Origin: Marsupella aquatica
Lineage: Eukaryota > Plantae > Marchantiophyta
Direction: 5' to 3'
Assembly (NCBI GenBank): GCA_973895155.1
Contig: OZ316892.1
Location: 18,776,357-18,840,356, forward strand
Length of the DNA: 64,000 nucleotides
Shown here: one piece after another, positions 35,154 through 46,916 of the stretch
Layout of the letters: each line of letters starts with the position of its first letter
Numbering within the stretch: the stretch's first letter is position 1
Notes under the pieces: generated by a model
What the model was told of the DNA's origin: nothing
Database searches by the model: none
Seen by the model: only the letters and a program-made list of their open reading frames with translations
Translations under genes and position numbers: made by a program

Positions 35154-38100
35154 TCATGACACCGGTGGCGGATCATCAATGGATGCCCCCAACGCTTCCT
35201 CCGCAGCCACTGCCATTGGTCTGTCCTCTGACAGATTACCTGCCCCTGACCGAGTCAACTCTTCATCGGCCTGACTGGGTCCACCATCGGCTTCGGCCTC
35301 AGCATCGGCCACGGCCTCCCCGACATGTTCTAGTGGAGGATCCGGTACCTCGGCTTTACCACTGGTTGTACCGGCCTCGGCCTTGCCATCCCCACTCCCT
35401 AGGACTGGTGGATCCACCGCCGTGTCGATGCCGGAGGTTGGTGCCGGGTTTATCTTCTCGGTCACAACGGCTTGAGAACCCGTATAACTCCCAGACCTAG
35501 AAGGTTTCCGCTTCTTCTTCTTCCCTATTTCGACAGCCGGTTCCTTCCCCTTGCCACTTACTTCCGGCACCGGGGTGAGTGTCTCGGCTTGTCCTTTGGC
35601 CAATACTACCCCTGGTAACTGGGTTGCCCCAATTGGAGTTGGACCTGATGAAGCCAAGCATTTAAATACTGCAGCTTGTTTCTTCAGCCGCTCCGTTTGG
35701 TTGTCGGCCCGCCGCTGTAGGTTCTCCATCTTCCTCGTGATTTCCTCCAACTCCTCCTGGGTCTCGTCCAGGTCCTTGCGCGCCTCTTCCAGCTCCTTTT
35801 CGGCTTCCTCCAATTCTTTCTTTAAAGTAGCCCTCTCCTCCTGGGTTGCTCTTAGCTCCTTGTCGAGCTCTGCTACGACCACAGACTCCATCTTATTCAT
35901 CTTGGCATAAGTCAGGTCAAGCTGGTCGTCCTTTTCACGCAGGTCGGCCTTGAAGCTGGCCATCAGGGACGCAAGCTCCTGCTACAGCGCAATAATCCCT
36001 TGATAGGATTTCCCTAACTCTGCTTCCTTTTGCTCCAGGGCTCCGTGGATATCTTCGATCTCTCCTTTCAACGCCCTCTCCCTTCTCTGAGTCTCCGCCA
36101 TGGCACGGTTGTTGGCGGTTAAGTGGGCCTCCTCTGTGTCCCTTAGCTCCCGCTTCCATTTCTCTCTTTCCTTGATTGCGTCAGCCAACTCTCCTTGGGT
36201 CCGAGTCAGTTTATCCTTGATAATCTGATTGTCAGACTGAGTGGTATCCAACTGCCCTTGCATGATGTTTAGCTCATGCCGCTTAATCCGCAGCTCATCT
36301 TGGGCTTTCTTGGCCGCCTGCAGGACTTCCACCTCGGCTTCCTTCTCCCTAAGCCGCCGGATGACCTCGTCCTTTTTGCTTCTCTCCAAAGCCACCGTTT
36401 CTTCTAATCGGTGCTTCTCCAACCTCTCCCTCTGGAAGAAAGGTCCCTGCTCCAACTCCTCCCCAAAGATGCTGAGCGCCAGGTCCCCACACATCTCCCC
36501 GTACTCCATGGCTTTATCCTTAGCATAGGTGGAGTAAGTAGAAGTCATCGGCAACAACCACCTCGGCCTCTATTCCCAAGCCGCCTTGCGGATTTCTTCT
36601 ACGGTGGCAAGAGGGTTGCTTCTTTTTTCGGCAAGCCGCCTGATGTCCTCCGGCCAATCTCCTCCTGGTAAATCTTTCTCCCTAGCCAGGGCTGCCCTCT
36701 CTTCCTCCTTGAGTCTCTCCTGAAAGTCTTGTGCCGTCTGCTTTATGCCGTCAAAGCTTGGGGGAGCAACCTCTGGTGGGGGAGACTCGGGGCTACTCTG
36801 CTGGGTGGGGTCCCCTCAAACTACTCTTGGAAGCGTGGGGATAAATCGGCCACAGGTCCTTACTCCTGGAACATGATGATCCGACCCATAGCCGGAGTTA
36901 TCATTGCTGTAGTCCTCCACCGCCTCCTCCACTGCTTGGACTCCCGGCTTCCCCCTCTGTTCCCCTGGTCCCTCAGGGGGGTCACTATATGAAGGGTCAT
37001 ACATCACGTGCGATGGTTTGGGTCATTTATGACCCCCCTAAGTCACTTTCTAGAAAGTTGTACGGCACCAATCATGTGATGACACGTATGCATTTTGCAA
37101 TTAAACAACCCTATATTTCCATAGAAGACTTAATAAGTCTTCCGCCAAAACCATTTAAATGGCCCTATACTTCGTCGCACATGATATGCCACTTCCATGG
37201 AAGTGACCCCCTGAGCCTGGTCCCCCCGTGAAAACGGCCTCATAGATCACTGGCCCTTGTTCCTCCTCTGGGTTCCAGGCTGTCCTTTCCCTCTGCTCTC
37301 CGCGGGAAGGAGCCTTAGGCTGCTTTGCCTCCGATTCGGGGCTTGAGGCTCCCACATACATTCGCACTCCCGGCTTGTGTTCCGGCCTCCTTCTCTCCTT
37401 GGTTCCGGTAAAGGGGTTTTCCCTCTTGAGTCGGCTTAGGTCGGCCTCTGGGGCAGTGTCCTGTACCGGTGCCATTGCTGGTGCCGTTCTCTCCTTCTCC
37501 AGCATTTTCAGCAGATTCTGCATGCCTGATTGCTGCATCGGCAAGTCTTCTTTCCTTGGCCGAAACACCTGCTCAATCGTAGGACTGATAGGCTGGTTGG
37601 GCTCTTCTGTTGCCGGCCTCTGCTCCGGAACCTCCTCCGGTGCCCTTGCCGATAGGGGAAGTACTGGGGCAAAGATTTGACTTCTGGCATACCGGCACAA
37701 CAGCGGCATGTGATAGCCAAGCCGGGACACGCTTCCCACGCCGATCACTTGCTGTTCCTCCTTCAAGATTTTCTTCAGTTGGTTGAGGAGGTACCCGTTG
37801 TAATCCCGGCTTGGGTCTGGCCTTTCTGCCAGGTAGACCTGAGCCTTTCCAATCTCTGCCCTCGGCAAGTTACAATGCATGGTCACTCGCAAGACATCAA
37901 TCATCTCTCCGATGTGCGGGTTGGTGTAGGTGTTCCGAAAGAAGCCATTCTTCGTTGATGGTCCTGGGAACGACCGGAACTCCTTGTCAGGTAAGGTCTT
38001 CCTGGTATCAACCTTGGTCTTATTACCCATTGGCAAGCCAAACACCTTGGCAATCACCCGGGGAGTGAGATAGAAATCCTTCCCATACACCCTCGTGGAA

Positions 38101-39086
38101 TTGGTCTTGGGTTCCCATGATCCCACGAATTCTAATAAGTCTGAGTCCGGCACCTCCGGCTTCAGCCATGGTAATCTTACGAAAGCTTCCAAGCCGGATC
38201 TGGCCATGAAGCCTTGGTACTTCTTGGTCTGCATGGCCGTAAAGCATGCATCCTCCTCCCGTGCAAAATGTAATTGCACTTCCTCTGGTAGGGTCGCCGC
38301 CCAGCCTTTCCATGTGTCATCATTTGTTGGAATGGCATTGATGGGATCAACCTCCTCCTCTTCGGCTTCTCCCTGCCTCCTATTCTGCTACTCTGCTGGT
38401 TTCCTTGGTGCCGCCGACCTCATTCTTTTTGCCGGGGTGGCCTCTTCGTTGTTGTTTCCTTTCTTCTTCATCTCGGCTGCCATGGATGTTTCTCCTAGCA
38501 CAATTGCCTTTGTCCACCCTTTTGTGCTACCCTTCAACTCCCAGTGTAGGTCGTTGTAGCGATTGATGGCTTCCCGGATGCCGACGATTCTGTTTTCGCA
38601 AAACAGAAGGTCGTTGAGCTGATTGGCAGTAGGAGTCCACAAGAACTCGGCCTTGATAAGTTCTACTCCTAAGAAAGCCGTCTTCTGCAGTTCTCAGAGC
38701 CGAGCGAGCTCCTGCCATTCTCGAGTTGCTCTCTCCGATTCTTCATCCTCGTAAGTCCTGACGTACTTACTTGCCCATTCGAACAGGCATCCCCAAAAAT
38801 GTGCCGCTTGATTGACGTTGCTCATACCCTCCTTGAGTCGATCGTTGGTATCTGTTCCCACCCCGAGTGCTTGCCTAAGCAGCTGACAGTATTTGGCCTC
38901 CCGTAGTCGTCTGCCCAGTTCATTCTTGCAAATGAGCCACTATTCCTCGCGAGCGGTCCTTACCCCTCTCCTCCTCTGGTCTCCCCTCCCGTTGGTCACC
39001 CCTAGCCGCCGACGCTTAGCGCGCCCTAACCCTAATCGTGTTCTCTCCCCCAGCGTCCTTACTTCCGGCCTCGGCCCGGGTTCCAT
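35154..39086 (-). pseudogene. LTR-embedded large ORF (~1227 codons after removing the MITE): putative plant-transposon-protein domain plus long coiled coil
   Basis: ORF pieces 38388..38642, 37155..38279, 36816..37007, 35982..36557 and 35154..35963 share one frame, broken only by six TAG/TGA codons and a 252-bp MITE+TSD. Motif GLEAFVRLPW...LLEFV...IAKVFGLP. Confidence 0.8.
36972..37215. mobile_element. MITE, 244 bp, 8-bp TSD
   Basis: TIRs CTCAGGGGGGTCACT / AGTGACCCCCTGAG; TSD CCTGGTCC at 36964-36971 and 37216-37223. Confidence 0.9.
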
Positions 39087-41221
39087 AGTCACCCTTAATT
39101 GTTTATATTTTCCTTATTTTTGTTTCTATACTAAGGTGTTTCTAGGGTACACTCCTGCTTTACCATGTAAACCGGCCTGCTGATTCCTAGCTAGGCATCA
39201 CATCCATCTTATCGTGAATAATGCAAAGATAGTTTTGAGGATCCTTCTTTGCAAGAACCCTATGAGCATAGCAAACATATCTTCTTGACATTTGTTCACG
39301 AAGATGTCGCGCTCTTTTCTCTTCAATCTCTGCACGCTCTTTTTTTCTCTTCTCCCGCATCAATTGATCTTTGAACTTAGTGCAAAATGTGCACTTGGCA
39401 AATGCACTTCCCTTGTGAAAGTCAAAATTACCAAATGAGTTTTTCCAGATGTTGTACATAGTAACTTCAGTAACCTTAGCAAACCCATCTAATTCCATCT
39501 TGGTAAACACCTCTTGGAAAATCTCCTTCTTAGTAAAACAAGATGGGAGCCGATATTCAATAGTGTCAGTGCCGTTGGACCCACCATAGGGAAGATGTGG
39601 CATTGGTTCCCCATTTTGGATTAAAATGGACTCCAACAAGGTGCGAGCGTGCAAAGTGCTTGATCGTGTCTTCCGCTATCCCTGATTTCCATGGAAACCA
39701 ATTGTGCAACCAGCTTCGTATTGATTTTTGTAGTCATAGTACTTTGTTGTACTGAACCCATGCATTTTAATAAATGCATCTTTACAAACCACACGTCCCT
39801 TTAGAACAAAAAATCCCTTTCTCTTGACTTGCTCCTCTCTACACCCAAAGAGACTAAAGATGTGAATTGTTTTGTTGTCACTTGACATTCCATGGTATTC
39901 CCTCCTCATTGCCTCTAAGTCCTCCCTGGGCATGTTCAAGCAACACTTCAGCTTGCAACAACCTTCTCTTTGGATGGAATCAATGGACTCCTTGGTAATT
40001 TTCAAAAGTGCCCTCGACTCCAAATGCCTTTTCTTCTTCTCCTCAAGATCAACTTTTGTCCTCCTAATGAAATTTTATGGTCTTTTTGTAGGTTTACCAT
40101 CACCATCTGAATCCGGATCGCCCTTAGTTCGACCCGACTCCATCCACTTCTCTGAAACTTCCTCAAGGATATCCCCAAGAAACCTTTGAGACGAAATCAA
40201 TAGAAGGGATTTGATTTCCCACCTCACCAAGCCAAGGGTACCAACACGGATATTTGGAAATAATCCGGGTTCATTGATATTCACAACAGCAACACCAACA
40301 TGATCTGCACCAAGAAGTTCATCGTCAACGGCACCTGTTTCAAATGGGACCGTGATAACACCTATTGCAACCTTCCGACAACGAGAAGCGTCATACAAAT
40401 CAACCTCCTCCGCCATCCAGTTGGAACGTAGTGTAAAATCTTTTAATGGAAGATCATTGAAAATATTTGAACTACCAAACATGCCAAAATCTCATAGAGT
40501 GCCCTTTCTAGAAATATGCGCAACATCCCAGATAACCCAGGTATGCAAGGCCTCTTCTATTGTATCAGCTCCAGGGTGCGAGTATGGCAATTTTTTATTT
40601 CCCTTAACAATATCAAATATTCTTATACTGATGCGACCAACCCCAAGTCTTTCAGTATGACAAATATCCATCGGATTTGTCTTGAAAACGACTCCATTTG
40701 CAACCAACTGATCAAAAATGAACATTTGAACTTCATCTCCTTCCTTGAACACGTCCTCTTCAACCCTTGCATCAATTTTGGATTTATCATTTCCAACATC
40801 TCCAGCCAAAGAGAAATCATCGACATTGATTCTTCGGCGCTGAGTTGATGACCTCAAGTATGCCAATGCACAATCCCAAATCACGCAGGAGTCAATTGCC
40901 TCAGCCAATGTAGAAAATTTGGGCGAAGGAAATGGAAGTTGACGCGATCCATCAAAACACTTTTCGATCAATACCCCAATTCAATTATCCCCTAGACAAA
41001 TGTTTTGTATAGTATCCTGGGGGTCAACCTTTTGAACTATCCCAATTGCCGTTTCAAATCCATCGATCACCAATGACACTTCATCCCCTCGTGTAAAATT
41101 GATCATGATAGCGGACTATCTGTATTCAAATAAAGTTAGAAATTGTTAAGTTCCCCATGTTACAATCATGTTTCAAATTCTAGACTCTCCTCCAAAAAAT
41201 ATTATAAAATCACTCAAAACC

Positions 41222-41490
41222 CTAAACACATTCAAGTTGGGTCAAACTTATTCCGACCCTCTGACAACAATATGTCTTAAAACGATTGAATTGGCTAAAC
41301 ATTTACAAGTCGGGTCGGAATTATTTCGACCCTCCTCCAACAATATGTCTTAAAATGATTGAATTGACTAAACATTTACAAGTCGGGTCGGAATTATTTC
41401 GACCCTCCTCCAACAATATGTCTTAAAATGATTGAATTTACTAAACATTAACAAGTTGGGTCGGAATTATTTTGACCCTACTCCAACTAT
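41222..41490. repeat. 73-bp tandem repeat (~3.7 copies) upstream of the host transposase
   Basis: CTAAAC starts at 41222, 41295, 41368 and 41441. Each unit holds a GGGTCGGAA-TTA-TTTCGACCC-type imperfect hairpin. Confidence 0.9.
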
Positions 41491-42416
41491 TAAGTTGAAA
41501 TTATGTCAAAACTATTCGTGAAACTATCTTGCTTATGCTTTTATATACCAGATTAAAATGCTAGTTAAGATGACATAGTCAGGTCGGCATGAAATAATTC
41601 TGATCCACTTCTAGAAACTATGTTAGTAATCACACAAAGGGGTACAGTAAGTTCTACACATGCTAGAGTGTGGATAAAAGTCTAGAAATGAGTAAAATAT
41701 ATGATCTAGAACCTAATGTGTAAATCTTAATTTAGGTTTGGCTTAAAGGTATTGAATTAGATGCAGTTGAGCTACTACTTCTAAGATAAATAAATAAAAT
41801 CACTAACCTGCTCCACAATATATCTCTACCCACCCTTGTACAAGCTAAATGGGTACCTAGGATGCCAGCATTGTAACTCTTAGCACCACAATGCTCACCA
41901 GTGCCCTTACTTACCTTGCATTCAACCATGTGGACCTAAACAAGGCACTCGGACAGAGGAGAGTCAGTGACCGTACCAATCACTGTCTAAATGACAATGA
42001 ACCAAAAAATGGATTGTGGGAGGTCTATACTCAGTTTGAGAGGCAAAAAGCCCACACATTACCCAGCACACGAGTGGACACCAACAGATCGGGCACGGGT
42101 GGATCAGGCACGCACCCAGCACACAAGTAGACATCGGATAGGGTGTCAGCCAATCACTCACGAGTGATAGGTGAGTTACGAGCACACACCGCTGACAGCT
42201 TGGAAGTTTAAAATTGGTAGGTGAGTCGCGAGTGGTCGTGAGTGGTGACACCATCACAGGTGACTCACGAGCACATGCAGCGAGGAGGATCTCCATCATT
42301 GGTGCGCATTGATGCCTCCGTATCCTCTCGGATCCTTGCCTCCTCAGAGTCCTCGCTCGCAGGGGGTATAGGAAGGCAGGCCTTGCGCTTGAGGCCTCAT
42401 TTCCTTGCCTCCCTCT

Positions 42417-42744
42417 CTCGGGGGGGTCACTTCCACGGAAGTGACACATCACATGCGACAAAGTATAGGCCCATTTAAATGGGTGTGGCGGAAGACTTCC
42501 AAAGTTTGGTGGAAGAACACATAGGGCATGTTTTATTGATTGGTCGACTTTAAAGAACACATAGGCCTATTTAATTGCAAAAAATACTTTCTATAAAGTT
42601 TTTAGGGGTTTTTTAATAAAAAATGACAAAATTTTAAGAAAGAAAGGGCTTTGCAAAAAAATATTTTTCACTTTAAAGTTAGGGGGGTCAAACCCTAAAA
42701 CGTCGCACGCGATGTATGACCCTCCATATAGTGACCCCCCCGAG
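42417..42744. mobile_element. MITE, 328 bp, same family as 36972-37215, opposite orientation
   Basis: TIRs CTCGGGGGGGTCACT / AGTGACCCCCCCGAG; TSD CTCCCTCT at 42409-42416 and 42745-42752; shared internal motifs such as CCATTTAAATGG. Confidence 0.92.
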
Positions 42745-43620
42745 CTCCCTCTTGCCTCCTCTCTTTCCTCCTCTCCGGGCTCCTCTCTCGTCTCCTCACT
42801 CCTTGCCTCCCTCTTGCCTCGCTCTTGGGCTTTTGTTTCCGCCTCGCTCTAAGGCTTTTATTTCCGCCTTGCTCCCTTCCCTTTTGGGTTGCTCCGTCGA
42901 TCATTGTTTGCCTGTTAGTGCCCTCTTGCAGCCTGTGGCATTCTCCATTGCTGCCACGTGTCATCTTAAATCTCACTCGCCCCTTACAATGTCTACTTCC
43001 TCCAGTTCTGAAGCTTCCACCACCTCCGCCAATTCTGAAGAGTCATTGAACTTCAATTATAACTCTCTGTATGAATATGACCCTGAAGACCCAGATGTCC
43101 AAAAATTGGTTAACAATGCGTTGGAGGCGTCAAAGAAAGCCCAATTAACTTTTCCACGTAAGGCACCACCTGCTTCAACTTCTTGCCTCGCCCTCAACTT
43201 TACTTTAATTTGGATTTCAAACTTCTTATTAGGAAAATTCTATATTCCTTTGCAGTCGCCTCGCCCCAAGGTCGAGGTGACGTCTACTTCATTCTAGATT
43301 TTTTGTTGCTCCGAAGGCATATTGGACCTTGTATCTTACTTTAATAAAGGATCTTTAGCTATATTATATTTTTTGACTCGCTCTTGGGGCGAGGCGATGT
43401 CGTCTGCATTCCTAAATAATGTTTGATTGCTTGGATGAGGTGGCAGGGCTAATTGCACTAGGAGCAAAGAAGCTTTTGCAATCTTCTATTTGTCCCCTCG
43501 CCCCAAGGGCGAGGCACCTTGAAAGTTTTCCACATGTCAATGTTAAAAATATGATGTTGACCATTTTGTTTTCAATGTTTCTTACTAGGAAAAAATCTTG
43601 AGAAGCCGGAGTTAAATATT

Positions 43621-44723
43621 ATGGACGAGGATATCAAGGACTTTGTTTTCCCTGACCAAGATACTCCAGGATTTAGATGGGCACTAGAAGTTGGGGTGTC
43701 GGCGGAAGGCAGTCTCTTGATTTGTTTCAAGGGCCTCACAAGTCAATTGAATGACCGCAAGACAATTGTTACTCTAGGTCCAGTCGTCCTTGTGAACATG
43801 GACAACAACCGCAATGCAACGATTATTGTTGAGTCCAATGAGAAATCTCAGTGGATGAGACTTCTAGTGCCAATAAAACTCTACTCGACTTTACTAAATG
43901 TTGAGTGGATGGCTCGATTGGAGATAAGCGTAGCTGATATGGGATTCTTCCCAGATGGAGTAACAATTGATCAGATGTTTGAGAAGACGCATTCTCAAAT
44001 AAGTGGAGTTGACCTAGTGTTTGGATTTCTCTACGTAAAGAAGCACATGCATGACAATGCGGACAGTGTGGACCCTCCGTCTAATTGGATAGTTCAAAGG
44101 ATGATTGAGAAGGCACATTTTTTATACGAGCAAGCAATCGACAAGAGTTTCATTTTTTGTCCAGAGTTTCAAGAGGCCGCGTGCCGGACGTGGATTTCAG
44201 AGATGAAGAAAAAAGAAGCAAAGCATAAGGCAAAGGAGAGAAAGAAGAAGTGGAAAGAAGTGCGCAATCAAAGACAGAGAAGAAACAAAAGCTTCGAGAG
44301 CCGGTTGTTCAACAAGAGAAACAATCTGGGAGTTCACGCCGTAAGAAGATGGCTAAAAATAATGAAGATGATGAGGGCCCCCAAAAAAAGCAGACAAAGA
44401 AGGCAAAGGTTGCGAAATCAAAACCAATGTCAGCGTCGACTTCAAACTTTGTCTTGCATCCAGAGGATGATATGTGTCCGACAGAAGGACCCAAAGAAGA
44501 TGATGATGATGACTACTGGACTGACATAGTCCACTGTGCTAGGTGTCCCACTATGTGGCACTATCATTGCCTGAAAGATCGTCAAGCAGAGGGTTATGCT
44601 TGTGACAGAGAAATCTATGATCACTCTGCACATGGTGTTGATCGATGGATATTTTATTGTCATCGCCATGCCATTGATCCTACCTCGTGCACTCCTGTGA
44701 GAGATCACATATCTTGGCTGTGA
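43621..44723 (+). pseudogene. Unknown domain fused, through a frameshifted basic linker, to the C-terminal part of the EDM2-type PHD region
   Basis: 44250..44723 ends DIVHCARCPTMW...TPVRDHISWL (59/66 identical to CACTA-1). 43621..~44240 is unrelated to the CACTA-1 N-terminal fingers. Confidence 0.7.
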
Positions 44724-45314
44724 AGCTGAACATTGTACATGCACAGTGCACCTGATGTGGATGTACTATTTTTTGAGATTGCAGAGATTCCAATTTTGAA
44801 AAGGAGTTGGGTAGGCGAGTTTATATAGGCAGCACTTATCTTGTGCTCTGGCGTCAGTGGCTGGGTACATGCCTATAAAAACTTATCCTTACAAGCCTTC
44901 TTGGAAGTATTACGCTGAGTGGTCATTTTCATAAACACTTTCATCAGACTGCTAAATTAAAACAGGACTTCTAAGTTGTAAGCGTATAAATTATCAGGCA
45001 TGCAATTAATCAAATTGCCCTATAAGTTTGTCATTGAACGTATCCTCCTTTACAACAAAATATGTATGTGCCATGACAAGTTGGTTGCACTTCATTTCAC
45101 CTTCGATATGGATTTTGTAGTATATATTCAAACAATGTCCTGCATCCGTGCAGGTGCCTAGTACGTATTGTTCACATATCCCTTGTACCTATCAAAATCG
45201 GACCTGAGCACCAGTGGGCCAGATCAACTCAAAGAGCAGGAATTTTGTTGTCCTTGTATTGTCAGGTGAACCCATTCTTCCAAAATTCACTGTCATCATG
45301 TAGGGTGTGTGTAC

Positions 45315-46187
45315 ATGGAGCCTAGGAAACGTAGAAAGTGTGACCACCCAGCAGTGTTTACAGGGGTCAGAGCCATTTTGGTCCATGGCCAGCATGGGTT
45401 GACCAAAGTGCATTGGCCAACTGTACAGAAACGATTCTCTGAGCTCCATGGCACTGTAGTTCAGGACATCACTCCAGAGACTACACATGTTGTTCTAGAG
45501 ACATGGCTATCAGTGATAAAGAAGTGGTCATGGTCCTACATGAATTCTGCAATTACTAAGCAAGGCCTAAAAGTAGTTGAGGCCTCTTGGATCACAGATT
45601 CCATAGCACATCAGATTGTACAGGATACTGAGCAATATGAGTTGTGGGAGGATGAAGAAGCTACTGCATCAGCTTGGGTTGAACAAGAAGTCTGGGAAGC
45701 AAAGGCACGGCTTGCTGATGTCCAATATGGACCTGTACTCAGCAAAGGACAAAGCTCTAGAAGGCTAAAGAGTATGTTGGCTGAGGAGATGAAGCAACCA
45801 ACCCCCATTCTGAAAGGGCTGAGCATGGTATTTGTGGAGGCGGGAATTGGAGAGGTTAAGTGCAAAGTGTACAAGTCCACGGTGCTTGACCTAGGTGGGA
45901 CAGTGGAGGAGAATATAACAGAGGACACCACTCATGTCATTAGTAAGTCATATCCCAAAGCCTGCCGCAAGTTTGGGAAGGGAGACATTCGCTTTTATGT
46001 CATGTCCCATAATGTGTTTGTGGTTTCATATGCTTGGCTTGTGGAATCAGTAGCAGCTGGGAAGCGTCAAAACCCAATGGACTATGATCTTTTTGAGGCC
46101 TGGCCACGGAAGGGTCAGGATCCTTACAGAGAGGACTATGAGACAACAAGTGAGGAATGGGTCATTAGCGATTTTGAATCAGAGTGA
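45315..46187 (+). CDS. Tandem BRCT cargo protein, homolog of 24733..25581
   Basis: Colinear intact ORF: DITPETTHVV, ASWITDS, LGGTVEENITEDTTHVI, WLVESVAAGKRQ. Confidence 0.85.
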   Translation: MEPRKRRKCDHPAVFTGVRAILVHGQHGLTKVHWPTVQKRFSELHGTVVQDITPETTHVVLETWLSVIKKWSWSYMNSAITKQGLKVVEASWITDSIAHQIVQDTEQYELWEDEEATASAWVEQEVWEAKARLADVQYGPVLSKGQSSRRLKSMLAEEMKQPTPILKGLSMVFVEAGIGEVKCKVYKSTVLDLGGTVEENITEDTTHVISKSYPKACRKFGKGDIRFYVMSHNVFVVSYAWLVESVAAGKRQNPMDYDLFEAWPRKGQDPYREDYETTSEEWVISDFESE

Positions 46188-46270
46188 GGAGTAGTAGCAT
46201 CAGTTTGGACACAAGTTTTTTTGTATAAATCAGATCATTGAAATAAATGTGATCTTTGAACTAATGTACC

Positions 46271-46916
46271 TTGTTATGGTTGGTGGCAGTTGGGCTGATT
46301 TTATTGTTGGCGGATTGTTGTTTCCTGCTGCCTGGGGGTGTCACTGTAAACGTACTGGGTGGGCTCAAATCTCGGTGGCAGACTTTGGTGGGTATGTTGC
46401 CTTTCCTAGATCAACAGGCGCTATTACGGCTCCTCCTCCGGGTTGCCATATGGCTGGCCACAGTTAGGACTCTCCTGCATGGGTTGGTGCTAAAACATTT
46501 ATTGGCACCGCCCGAGGATGCAAGAGATGCTGAATCTATGGTGAATGAGGATGCATAGTTTGAAGAGGACATCTACTTTTCAGCAGATTAGTTAGTCAAA
46601 CAAGCCTGATGTTGTAGGTGGTTCCTTGTTGCCTGATTTGGCAGATGATATAGTTCTTTCACATGTCTGGCCGAGGGTTCTTGTGGTGTCCTGTGCACAA
46701 GATATCTGCAAATATAGACAAATTAATACATGGTGGAGGGACTTGGTAGCAACTTGCCCCCAGTGGAGGGCATTGCATCCACTGCTTGTAGGCACGGATG
46801 CAAGACCCCCATGGCATGAGCAGGGTTTAGACCTTGATGATTTAATGTACATGCCTAAGTACCTGGGGTCTGAGTGGCATCGAGAATAGGGTTGGTACCC
46901 AAATCTCACCTGGTAA
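46271..46916 (+). pseudogene. F-box-like cargo, disrupted copy
   Basis: LPDLADDIVLSHVWPRV...; TAG codons at 46556 and 46887 where CACTA-1 has Gln. Confidence 0.75.

Larger units (their letters stand above)
34241..39202 (-). mobile_element. Solo LTR (4962 bp including a nested MITE) of a second LTR family
   Basis: TGTGGTGC...GCATCACA imperfect terminal inverted repeat; 5-bp TSD TCCAT at 34236-34240 and 39203-39207; no internal direct repeats, PBS or pol. Confidence 0.85.
1393..41106 (-). pseudogene. Host DDD-type DNA transposase pseudogene (Sola1/DUF7869-like), split by three nested insertions; pieces 41106-39203, 34240-32718, 16475-16368, 1595-1393
   Basis: ORF pieces 40492..40971, 40075..40482, 39676..40023 and 39187..39654 share one frame, separated only by stop codons. 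Removing the solo LTR plus one TSD joins IIHDKM to DQAKTWIPR in frame. Core motifs: AKCTFC, HDKMDQ, LQMDNSGKDIKN, FLMVGHTHEDVDALFS. Removing the CACTA and Gypsy insertions continues the frame ...KDDVRYER|CFQTTKTW...YMEGIIDE* (stop 1393-1395), with one frameshift near the CACTA junction. Confidence 0.8.

Noticed and set aside
41222-41490. CRISPR-like array
   Set aside because: Whole units repeat with no unique spacers, no cas genes are present, and the context is eukaryotic. The same applies to the 47-bp and 24-bp arrays.
41800-42400. Left TIR of CACTA-2 (CACTA at 41801, CACT motifs nearby)
   Set aside because: No matching inverted terminus or 3-bp TSD found near 54-54.2 kb.
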